This document shows, one piece after another, positions 20,983 to 31,641 of a stretch of DNA of 64,000 nucleotides (the first letter of the stretch is position 1; every line of letters begins with the position of its first letter). Position numbers and translations under genes: made by a program. The DNA lies in assembly GCA_024704765.1 (NCBI GenBank), contig JAKMXF010000233.1:186001-250000 (forward strand). Direction: 5' to 3'. The notes below the pieces were generated by a model, which worked only from the letters and a program-made list of their open reading frames with translations, was not told the origin of the DNA and made no database searches. Source of the stretch: Oopsacas minuta (Eukaryota; Animalia; Porifera).

Positions 20983-23900
20983 CTACATCTCATCGTAATC
21001 CTCATAATCATTGAGTATAAGGTCTACTATGTCATCAGTACCCAATTCTGCTTTCTTCTTCACAATGCCGATAAAATCACTGAATGATACTTTGTCTGGA
21101 TCTGATGATACTTTTCTTATCATTTCTGCTATGTCCTTTTCATCTATTTCTCCACCTTCCATGCATGATACTACCTACATTATTATTTTATTAATTTGCA
21201 TATACCAATGTAAACTAATGAATCTAACCACCTAGGTTAGAGTCTGCAGATTAATTTTGTATTTTTGATTATAAGGCAATTTAATAGTAATTACTAATGC
21301 CTGTATTCCTTTGTGTATCTATTACATTATCTCTATCTTTATACATATATGGATTAGATATTTCCCAGAATTTTGATTCGTTTGATCAAAATTAGATCTA
21401 TCGTCAATTCATCATTATACCTTTATGACAACTTGCATTTCCTGGAGTAATTTATTACTATTTTTTGTGAAAACAAAATGTGATTTCCTGTCTAATAGCT
21501 ATAATGTATATACAATAGTATTCTTGTGGTTACATCAATCATGAAAGAGAATTATCAGTCACAAGTTTTTATTAACTTTTATGGTAAACATGAAACTTTA
21601 TCAAAAGTGAAGCAAATTTTAAATTTTAATTATTGAATTAAGCCCCAGATAAACGTATAAACTACTATATTTCTATGTATATGTTGCAGTGTAAATGCGA
21701 GTTTGGTGTAAGTGCGAGCTTTGAATAGATTCCAACCAGCAGAAGTGGGCGATAACGTTAGTCTGCCAATTCCACACCCAGATAAATTATGTGCAATTGG
21801 TCCTCGAAATATCTTAAGCAGTATTCAGAACAAACGGGACAATGTCTATACTGTGGCAACTTCTAAAGGCATAATCTCAGGTGGTTATTCACGTAACCAA
21901 TTTGAAATTCAGCCTTCCAATTTGATTAGCACATCATTTAGTTCAAAGATTGTCTCACAAACAAAGTTGATGCAAAACGCTTCGCTTGGTGCTGGAGTAG
22001 GGGTATGTAGATGTTTGAAGTACAACAACAGAAAGTGTCCATGTAGAAGTTCTGGAAAAACTTGCTCTACGAAATGCCATAAAGGAAGAATGTGTTCTAA
22101 CAAAGAACAATAGTAAGTATCGCATCACTTTAGAATTTTTGTAGTTACATTATGCATAGTAATATGCGTAGGGTGATTGTTAGCATATTGTTAGTACCTT
22201 AGCCTAATTATCCCAACTTAGGATTACTCATATTCCATATAGCAGAGATCAGTAATTAAAATTTACCCAATATTGATTCTATTCAAAGCTCGCACTTACA
22301 CCAATAGGTTGGCGTGATTGCGAGTACACCAGTGCGATTGCAAGTACACTAGGTAGTTGGTGTGATTGCAATCACACCAAACTCGCATTTACACTGCAAC
22401 ATATATACTATTTTAATTATTAACTTACTGTTTCTAGATCTTTCTTACCAATAAAATCATCTTTATCTGTATCAAACATATCAAATACTTCTCGCATTTG
22501 CTTCGTCACTAAATCTACTCCTTCTATTTCCTCATTTCTGTTGCCTCTATCTACAAATGATTTGAATTCTTCATGTGTTAGTCTACCGTCTAGATCAGTG
22601 TCAAATTCTGACATCATCATCTGTGTATAAATATTATTTTAATCTCTACAAATCGAGTATTTTAATCTCTTTTAAATTCAAGATTTATAATTATATAATT
22701 ATCACTTGATTGCCACATGCTGATATTCAATTAAATTTGGTGTAGTAATGTTTCTGTTGGAAAATCTTGTAATCTGGTTTTTGCTCTAGCTTACATAACT
22801 AGGCTAAAACTATTTATAATATGTAATAATCATTGATTGAGTACACAGTTAATCTTATCAGTAGTTTATGAAAGATTACCACTGCGCATTACACTGTATT
22901 GTACTTTTACCCACGCATACATACAAAATCACCTGATAGAATTACTTTATAGCTCAATTCATAAGTCATAAGATTTGCATTTTTAATATTTCTTAGTAAA
23001 GTGGAGCCTCGTTAAATACGAACATGGTTAATGTGAATTTTCGGATAAGACGAACAATTATTTACACAAAATCATGTCCCTACAATGGTTATTCAATCTG
23101 TAATACTCCTGAAGTCCAACATATTTTACTGTCCGTTGGTGTTCGTATTAACGAGGTTCCACTGTTTATTGTTTCTGTAGTATTTAGTAGGGATTATTGA
23201 GTATAAACATCCCTCTAAATTCTACATATAAAACAAAATAATTCCCTCCACAATTAATTTATATATTACATGTTTACGCTTTTAATTTAGCTTTGCTAAT
23301 ATTATGCGAATAATTATATAACACGTAGACCACAAATTTACATAATGCCGACAAATTCACTTAACCGATCGCGGCTGAAGTTTACGTTCGTAATGAAAGG
23401 TAAGCTAAAATCTTACTTCGTTTCAACTAATTCCCGCAACAAGAACGACATTTTAGCACCTTTTTGACGTCATAAAATTACACATTTTCCCGGCCGTATT
23501 CGGTTAATGAAAACCCTTATGACCATAGCTTTAAGGTTAATATATGTATAGACATTTGGTCATTACAGTGGAAACCGCCTATTAGAACTTTTCCATGGAA
23601 TTATTAGAGTGTATTTGTGTATGGTAATTAGTAATATCAAAAATTTAAATATCAGAAAGGAATTCTGGTGGTTTCCACTCTAATATAAGAATTGTAACTA
23701 CATTTGGATTCCAAGATGTTAAATACGTATGTATACTAATTTAAGGAATCATACGTATGAACTTTTAGTTTGTGCAACTAACTAATTAGATAATATCAGA
23801 TTTAGCGGACAGAAAGTATATTCATTGTTACTTTACTAGACCTATACCTTATACTCCAGCGTGACCACTCCAGAAAATATGCATTGGATATATCCACTAG

Positions 23901-24528
23901 CAATTGCACTGCACTGACCTCTACTGTCCTCTAGTCATTTTCTAGACATATCATATTATTTAATAAGAAGTGTAAAATACTACTTTCCTGGGTTTTCATG
24001 TAACTATTTTGTGGTATTGGAGTTTGCATTAGGGCTGTACATATACATGTACTCTAACTCTGAGTCTAGTCATGTATGTTTGGCGCCATAAAACCTGATA
24101 AATCGCAACTCTTCCAGTGACCATTATAAAGTTTAATCCAGTAGAACTCGGTTAGTATGGACTCAGCTTAAGACGTACTTTACTCAAACGGATTCTCAAT
24201 TTTTGTACACTACAGTAGAACTTGGATAAGACGTATCCCCTCAAAAACAAAAATTAGTACGTACTAACCGAAGTACGTCTTATCCGAGTTATATTGCCTC
24301 TATGGGTATTTAAAATTAAGCGTGTAATCTATAACTCGCCTCTAAATCAACTTTCCACTCTCCACCCTCTTGCAATGACTGTAGTGGCGACACAGGCAAA
24401 CGTGTACGTGCTTTCTGTATAGCATTAATGACGTCATCTGGGGATACGCTACCCATTCCTTGTTGGTCAAAGAACTGGAAACTTTCTGTTTCCCCTGAAG
24501 TCAATATTTTAGTATCTTCACTAGCCAT
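20983..24528 (-). CDS. Calmodulin-like EF-hand protein (spliced)
   Basis: Exon from ~24528 (ESFQFFDQQGMGSVSPDDV; its donor is uncertain), exon 22620-22429 (EFDTDLDGRLTHEEF, MFDTDKDDFIGKKDLET; AG/GTAAGT, phase 0), last exon 21174-20983 (VVSCMEGGEIDEKDIAEMIRKV...SFSDFI, phase 0, ends TAG). Confidence 0.8.
21682..22401 (+). mobile_element. Internally deleted Ginger2/TDD-type DNA transposon in an intron of the EF-hand gene
   Basis: Perfect 28-bp TIR TGTTGCAGTGTAAATGCGAGTTTGGTGT, 4-bp TATA on both flanks. Internal ORF 21712-22113 is the C-terminal part of a KRBA2/SCAND3-like integrase (VGDNV, RNIL, YSRNQF, Cys-rich C-terminus ending CHxxxxCxNK). Confidence 0.85.
22997..23165. mobile_element. Tc1/mariner (pogo-like) MITE, family C
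   Basis: TIR AGTGGAGCCTCGTTAAATACGAAC vs CAGTGGAACCTCGTTAATACGAAC. A second copy lies at ~27966-28250. Confidence 0.75.
23365..23503. mobile_element. piggyBac-like MITE
   Basis: TTAA on both sides (23361-23364, 23504-23507); TIR CCGATCGCGGC vs CCGAATACGGC (8/11). Confidence 0.6.
24138..24296. mobile_element. Tc1/mariner MITE, family B (CAGTAGAACTCGGATAAGACGT-type TIR)
   Basis: Inner element 24211-24296 has paired TIRs. A related TA-flanked copy lies at 27673-27824. Confidence 0.65.
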
Positions 24529-25152
24529 CACTTACTTTAGTCAATTTGCTTGTAATCTATTTCCATGTATTTTATGGCTAGCTGCTATAAGCCTAAGGGA
24601 AAGGCTTCATTTACATTCTATCGTGAATAACTTGATACTCTCTCTCATATTTTCCTATTATTATGGTTGTCAATTGTAAACACAGTTAGGTTAATATTTA
24701 CTGTGAATTGGAATTGTTTTGTTCAAATTTCACCAGGATACAATAAACCTGTTTTGGCCGTTTTGATAATTAAACTGGGAAGAAAATTTCTGCGAAAACT
24801 TATACGATAGAAATTATTATTCCACTGTGTAATTTCCTAAAATAATTTTAATATTATTTCCCTGAAGGAAGAAGGACTTGCTAAGTACTGAGGAATAAAT
24901 CACTCACTAACCTTGTCTTACATAAATATTCACATAATTTCCAATAAAGGTAGTACATAATCGCTAATACCGGGAATTTCCCCATAGACGGTAATATCAT
25001 CTCATGTTTATTATTTCATGCATTTTATATGAGTAGTGACTGGTTTTCCAATATTTTCAGAATATCATAGGTTGTTCCATTGCTCTTTACAACCTTTTTG
25101 GCAGTTTAGAAACTTCTTCGATACACCCATGACAATATATTATCAAAACAGC

Positions 25153-25232
25153 TACAGTACACCCTCGCTAATCCGAACAGCATTGTTCCAATTGCAAAAT
25201 AATTCGTTGAGATTAGTGAGATGCATTGAAAC
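25153..25232. mobile_element. Tc1/mariner MITE, family D (TACAGTAGACCCTCGCTAATCCGAAC)
   Basis: Inverted sister copy at 26781-26858; copy with both TIRs at 34745-34967; single TIRs at ~6430-6455 and ~13865-13888. Confidence 0.7.
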
Positions 25233-25548
25233 ATTACTATAGGATCTAAGAGTACATATTTTCGAAAGTTGTACAAACACTAATATTACAGCCAAAATGT
25301 GTAATATACAATTATGTATTTGTCCACAGTGATTTGTTCTTGAAAAGTTTCAGATCATTTTCCAAAGTAGTATATCTAATTTACTAAAAATGAGTAAATT
25401 TATTGGTTAGCTCGTTAACAAAACGATATAGAAATAATTAAGTATTTTCTAACAAATACAAGTATCATCAGTACAGTAGAATCAAGTGCTATAGGTGAGT
25501 ATTACATTGTATAAGAGAAAGTTTGGGTAATAAATATTGTCTGTTCTA

Positions 25549-27570
25549 TCAGTTTTTTAGTTTAACTTCAATATGCAGTTCCATTCGATCTTTCTTCACG
25601 TAGAGCCTATTTTCCTTTGGGTTTGTTAGCGTCGCGACTGTAATGAATTTCGTTAGACCGAACATATTCAGGTTTTTACCTTTCAACGGCATTTGGAAAG
25701 CTATATTTCCTGAGTCAGTAAATTTCTCAACAAGACATTTGTCATTATTGTTGTAGTTAAGCAGAATGACCCTGAAGTCAGCTCTAAATGGCCATTTCAA
25801 TTTCTTATCATTGTTTCCGGGTAACATTGTGACGTAGAATCCAATTGAGGGCTGGTGACTTGATTTTGCCATGCTGAAGTCAAGCAGGGCTCCAATTTTA
25901 TGACCAGAATTATCTGAGATAAAAGGCTGACAATAAACTAACCCTTCTTTCTCAATTTGCTTCGATACAGAGTCTACAAGCCATACGTAGGGTGTACGGG
26001 GAGTTTCCTGTTTTCTACGCATCGCAGTTGATTGTATTCTTGCTATTTTAGTTATAAAATCATGCTTGTCTTTATCAATACTATCTGCTATGGATTGTAT
26101 GTGTGCTAGCTTGTCTATATGAGCTTGTAGTTTAAGTTTTGCGTCTTGAGCTTGTTTGCTTTGAGAGAAAATAGGTTTTGGGAGAACTATTGATTCTACA
26201 GACGGTCCTTCTTCATCCGAACTATATTCTATGATTTCTTCGTCTGTCTCGGGATCAATCTAAAATGTACAGTTTTGAGAAAACATTTGTGACTGGAATT
26301 TTTTATTCAAATATTTTCAGGAAAAGACCTGCCTCTTACAACGAAAACTATTTATGGAATGAACTATTAAGCAATGGGTCTTCTATATGAATTCGAAAAA
26401 TTCAATTATTAATCATATCAATGTTATTGGAGTTCAGAGCATTGTGTAATCGATAATCTGTACTATGTTTAAATTACTTTCGAATAATCCAATCAAAGAA
26501 TATAGAATTAAATAATGAACACGCTAGTACATTTATCTCATTTAAACTTTCATTAGACACAATGAACTCTGTTACTTTAATTAGAAATCACAATAATACT
26601 TGTATGTTGCAAAATGGAAGCATAAATTTCTACTTGTGCTTATAACATATTTTTTCTGACGAAATATGAGAAAGGTTGTTTACAAAAATTAATATCTAGA
26701 ATTTTAATTTAATATTAGTTTGCAAGGTAATTATACTAAGATATAAATCGGAAGTTTTCCACTAGTTTCTCTTCTCCATCGTTTCAATGCATTTCACTAA
26801 TCCGAACAATTATTTTTGTCAGTAGTAGAGGGTGTTGGATTAGCGAGGGTATGCTGTATAATAAACTGTACGTATGATTACGTATTAACGTATATAATAC
26901 AAACCTTATTTTCTCTGAGTTGTTTATTCTCAAATTGCAGCTGATCTATCTTCTCCAACAATTTCACATTTTCATTCTCGAGATTTGAGACCTGAAGATC
27001 GCTTTTGGTTTCAGTCTCGTCCCCCAGATCACTGGTGGGACTGAACCTATACGGGCTAGGTGTGTTTGACAACTGGGTCTCCAACATTTTAACTCTGTCT
27101 TGTAAAGTCTGAATTAGCTCGCTTTGGTTTCGCTGAATAGCATCGTTCTTCTCTTGTTGATCTGTCGACTCGCGTGTCAAATCATCGTACTTATCACTCA
27201 CTACCGTTAACTAAAAATCTCCATTGTAAATACATGTAAAACCTATTCTATACTATATCTTGCCTATCTATGTGTATTTCTATCCAACCTATAGCAGCAA
27301 ATTTACTTTTCTTTATTAGATAAATGTATTAAGAGGTAATTGCCTGTAATTTGATGCATTAATATTTCCTATGAATCCCGTGATATAGCACTTTACATAC
27401 GGGATTATTTCTTACTGACCTTTGCAGATAACTTTGAGTTCATATTGTTAGCAACTTCTAATTTAGTTTTGACTTCATCCAATTCAGCAGAATGCTCCTC
27501 GTGTTTCAGTAAACTTTCCTCCAATAAACCCAGGTTCTGTTTATTAGCTAATTCCTGTTGAGATATGTTG
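25549..27570 (-). CDS. Coiled-coil plus C-terminal TRAF/MATH domain protein (last three exons)
   Basis: Exons 27570-27420 (phase 2 in, phase 0 out), 27210-26905 (phase 0/0) and 26259-25549, all GT-AG and open. MATH motifs YVWLV, PF, GHKIG, KWPF, FITV, LYVKKD. Confidence 0.82.
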
Positions 27571-27672
27571 CTACAGATTAGATTGAATTATTATCAAATA
27601 TGAAAAATCACCAAATTAGTATGATTATAATAAATATATGATAGGTATTGATTAAGTCAATGTTTTCCAACC

Positions 27673-27824
27673 TACAGTAGAACTCAGCTAGCAAGTGCTT
27701 TTCTCCAAAAACGGATATTTTATTACTAATTGCATTGGAAAGATATTCAGATAAGACGTACTCCGGTTATTACGAACTGATTTTTGTTTCCCGAGGGTGT
27801 ACGTCTTATCAGAGTTATACTGTA
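27673..27824. mobile_element. Tc1/mariner MITE, family B
   Basis: TA-CAGTAGAACTCAG ... CAGAGTTATACTG-TA. Confidence 0.7.
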
Positions 27825-28078
27825 CTTGTACCTTGGACGATGCCTTATCGATTTCCCTACATATACCACAATAATGTCTGTGGACACTTGTGTTTCATGA
27901 AATATTCAGTCCGTCGTCGTTTTTCGGAATGATAATTTTCAATGGATATTATTTCAATTCTTCCACACTGAGAAACCTCGTTAATACGTACACGGTTTAC
28001 AAATTTTCGTTAATAAAAACTCCGGAGAAAGCGAACAAATTTAACCCTTCAATGGTGTTCGTATAATAGAGGTTCCAC

Positions 28079-28240
28079 CAGGGTGTTATCTAAGCGTATG
28101 CGGCGCGCCTAGAGGCGCATAAATCTGGGCAAATATATCTCTAGGCGCATGAAAATCTCTCTCCTGGGGCAGAAACTCTTATATCATAATGCAAATGTAT
28201 AGTCTAGGCGTATGGCCTTGAGAACCTGGATGAAACCCTG
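28079..28240. mobile_element. hAT MITE with perfect 8-bp TSD, nested in the right TIR of a family C mariner MITE
   Basis: GGTTCCAC at 28071-28078 and again at 28241-28248; TIR CAGGGTGTTATCTA vs CAGGGTTTCATCCA. Confidence 0.9.
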
Positions 28241-28357
28241 GGTTCCACTAACTATGGATAAGTTAGTTGGCCGCTTTAGTACAGAGTATTTCTGAGTTAT
28301 ATATATATTACCGAACATTGTATCAGTCGTGATCTAGATTATCTGGTAGTCTACCTC

Positions 28358-30316
28358 ATGTCAAACAGTCAAACCCTTCTAGAAGGGTTTTTCCATGCAA
28401 ACGGGCGTAAGAGACAGAATACTGGCTCTATCCCAATATCAAAGAGAAGCAAGGAACTAACTCCAGCAAAATCTATACTAAGCCTGGATTATATAAGTTT
28501 ACAAAAAGAGCAAATAAAACAACAACCAGTTCCTCAACCCATCATTAGAAAAGCTAAGCTAGCACCTGCCAGGAAACCAAGAGCATGTAAGAAGCTAATG
28601 CAAGCAACTGCTCCTCCCCCAACAACCAGATCGAGCAAGAGGAATGCAAAACTCGCGCCTAAAGAAACATTCTTAAAACTTGGCAAGGCACTGTCTCATA
28701 ATAAATCACCACTCAAATCTTCTACCCCTCTCAATTCCGGATTTAAGGCTTTATCAGCTACGAAACAAGACACTCAACAGCTTGTGGAGCCTAAAATAAC
28801 TTCTCCTATATCATCTCCTACCATATTGAAGATACCTACTCCAGGTGGATCTACGATGGAACAAATAAAGAGAGTAAGGAATAAACTTCTCCAGCAAAGT
28901 AGTAAAAATTACAATATCCCTCCTCTACCAAATCAAACTGATAAACCATCTCTAGCACAAAGACTAGCTGAACCAACTATTGTTGAGCTATCGAGGAATA
29001 GTAACGAGACTTTAAAACCGATTGAAACCCCATCAGAAGCTAGTTGTATGTCTCCAAGCAAGAAGGATTGTATAATTAGAAAACTAGCTCTGTTGAAAAC
29101 TCCAGAAAAATCACCGAAAATGAAAGAATTCAAAGAATTACAATTCACAAGTCCAACCAAGAAATCAATAAACACAACTCCATTGAAATCACCTCAATAC
29201 AAAAATAGTTACCATCTAGCTGCCGATTCACAAACGCCTATTTCATATACACAATCTATTCTATTGGAACATTTCCGCTGTATAGATGTAGTGTTATCCA
29301 TGGTAGAAAGGAGAAAGGAATCTTGTAGCTTTGAGAAGTTACAGAGAGCTGTCACTACCATGTGTGGGAAACAAATGACACTAAGGAACCTCGCACAAAT
29401 CATGCATCTGTATCCTACAGCATTTTCACTTTCTTACCAACCCATACGTACCTCAATACATTCACCCAGACGCGGGCAGTTTCAATTGATAATAGTTGCT
29501 AATAATGATTTCCATTCCGAATCACCGACTGATAGTTCTGAAGGGAAAACCTTGACTAATCAGGGTATGCTAGCAAGGAAAAATCAATTTCTGACTTATA
29601 TCATAGAATATCTTAAAGGTTATCATAATAGATTTCTACGAGCACTGGTCCCGCCGATTATATTGCCAAATGATAAGATAAAACGTTGGCATCCTGAGTT
29701 CAATCTTGAAACAGTCCCGAGCATTCCTGAGGGTAATATGCCTCAAAAACCACAGACAAACACCCCACAAACTGCGAAACAAATCCTCGCTTCTTCTCAA
29801 GAATTATTACCAACACGAATAAGTAGAGTTATGTTGAAATTCACCGAGGAAAACTCCACACAAGATTCGACGATAGATTCTAATTCAAAAGTTAGTTATA
29901 ACGATTCGAATGAATTGAAAGGAATCTCAAAGAATTTAATTGAACGTATCCGTATTCGTGAACAAGAGAAAGCTAAACTTAATATGATCAGAGATGATAC
30001 CGTACTACACAAGTTAGACATGTTAGAAAGGATACCAGAAATATGTAGTATTGTACGGAATATGTATTTAGCTGAGCAAAGAGGTACACTACCTTGGGCA
30101 GATGTTTTGTATAAATTAAGAGATAGCCATCACTCCAAAATGGAACAAAAATATTTAGAAGAACATTTACAACTGTTACTTGAAATTCTACCACAATGGA
30201 TATCTGTTGTTAATCCTAAGGGGACGAAATTTCTAAAAGTCAAACGCAACACCCCTCTGAACACCTTACTATCTGATTTGGAGCGTGAAAAAGCGCGATT
30301 AGACACAGAACAATAG
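28358..30316 (+). CDS. CDT1: DNA replication licensing factor Cdt1, intronless
   Basis: N-terminal PIP box QTLLEGFF, geminin-binding middle domain (SFEKLQRAV...LAQIMHLYP, RWHPEFNL), LKGISKNLIERIR, C-terminal MCM-binding winged helix. Confidence 0.93.
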   Translation: MSNSQTLLEGFFHANGRKRQNTGSIPISKRSKELTPAKSILSLDYISLQKEQIKQQPVPQPIIRKAKLAPARKPRACKKLMQATAPPPTTRSSKRNAKLAPKETFLKLGKALSHNKSPLKSSTPLNSGFKALSATKQDTQQLVEPKITSPISSPTILKIPTPGGSTMEQIKRVRNKLLQQSSKNYNIPPLPNQTDKPSLAQRLAEPTIVELSRNSNETLKPIETPSEASCMSPSKKDCIIRKLALLKTPEKSPKMKEFKELQFTSPTKKSINTTPLKSPQYKNSYHLAADSQTPISYTQSILLEHFRCIDVVLSMVERRKESCSFEKLQRAVTTMCGKQMTLRNLAQIMHLYPTAFSLSYQPIRTSIHSPRRGQFQLIIVANNDFHSESPTDSSEGKTLTNQGMLARKNQFLTYIIEYLKGYHNRFLRALVPPIILPNDKIKRWHPEFNLETVPSIPEGNMPQKPQTNTPQTAKQILASSQELLPTRISRVMLKFTEENSTQDSTIDSNSKVSYNDSNELKGISKNLIERIRIREQEKAKLNMIRDDTVLHKLDMLERIPEICSIVRNMYLAEQRGTLPWADVLYKLRDSHHSKMEQKYLEEHLQLLLEILPQWISVVNPKGTKFLKVKRNTPLNTLLSDLEREKARLDTEQ

Positions 30317-30830
30317 CAAACTAATCTACTCTTTTACTCATTTATTTTCACTTCTATAGTATATTACGGGTCTCACAGCACTTATTAGTTAAAGCACCTT
30401 CATAAATCTATGTTTTCAAATGTCAATCACTAATCAATTATTCTATCTTTTCTCATTTTAGTAGTTAGGAAAAGTTATTATTTCTTTAAAGTAGTGTACT
30501 GTACTGATTATTTCTAGTTATTTCACAATATTCGCTAGATTTTAACAGGGCGATAGCTAAATTTGGCTACTATTAGTTGGAAACTTGTTTCAACTCCACC
30601 GCCCACATCAGTTTACCTGCCACATGAATATGGCATTATTTCACCACCGACAATCACATCATGTGGAGCTGAAACAAGTTTCTCATTAACAAGGATCTTC
30701 TATGAAGAAACAGAATAACAGATCCATACAATTATTTCGGTTAGCTGCAATGCATTTTATGTAGCCAAGCATTCGAAGTTGATTGTAATTTTCAGATAAA
30801 TATAAATAAAAACAAGTGCATGTTACATAC

Positions 30831-31641
30831 CTGGTACTCATCTTGTCCATGTCTTCAACCCTCTCCATGATACCTCTACTCTCTATATTAAGTGATTCTA
30901 ACATATCTCTCATCTCTGTGACATCATTTCTCTCTATCTCTCTGATACTTCTGTTATCTTCCTGTAATACATCAATACTCTCTGATAGTCTGTTTAGTTT
31001 CTCTAGCACATCTTCAACTGTTCCAGCCTGAAAATGGTTACAGTAGAACTCAGATATGATTTATCATATGTACATTTATTCGTTGTTCTTATGAAAATAA
31101 TGAAATGTAGTGTAAATACATGATTGAAATCCCATAATATCCATAGAAACCTGCTATAAATGGTATTATACGGTAACTACATATGCTGAATTTTAATGGT
31201 AAAATATAAATAATGCATATACTGACTGATCTGCAAACATGATAGTCTCCAATATTTATATAAATTTTCCTAATTATATGATTCAATAACACTAAGGAGC
31301 TGTAAATTTAATTTCCAACTCATATACATACACTCAACTCTCGTTATATTGAAGCTCAGGGGCCGCGAGACCATATTTGTACACTTATAGACTTAGATAT
31401 ATATTCGTGTTAGATATAATGCGGGCTAAATGTTAATAATATTAAATATTGTAAAAGTGTAAATTACCTGATCTTCACATTTAGAAACTCTGACAACAAT
31501 ATCCGCGACCTGTTCCTCAAGAGACTCCATTTTATACTTTATCTTCTCAATGCTAGAATCCTCCTTCGTTAGTAATTGTATATTATCCACGAGTTTCTGT
31601 AGAGATGTATCTCCATTTACAAGAGGAACATTTACATTCAA
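30831..31641 (-). CDS. Coiled-coil coding exons (31641-31468, 31027-30831), probably upstream exons of the TRAF/MATH gene
   Basis: GT-AG boundaries, open and phase-compatible with each other; heptad-rich. The last donor AG|GTATGT is phase 2, matching the acceptor at 27570. The 5' start was not identified. Confidence 0.55.

Noticed and set aside
27830-27945. Minus-strand frame ...LNIS*NTSVHRHYCGICREIDKASSK with in-frame TGA, as a second selenoprotein or Zn-finger exon
   Set aside because: The TGA is not at a recognisable Cys position and no SECIS was seen; it may be an alternative TRAF-gene exon but is unsupported.
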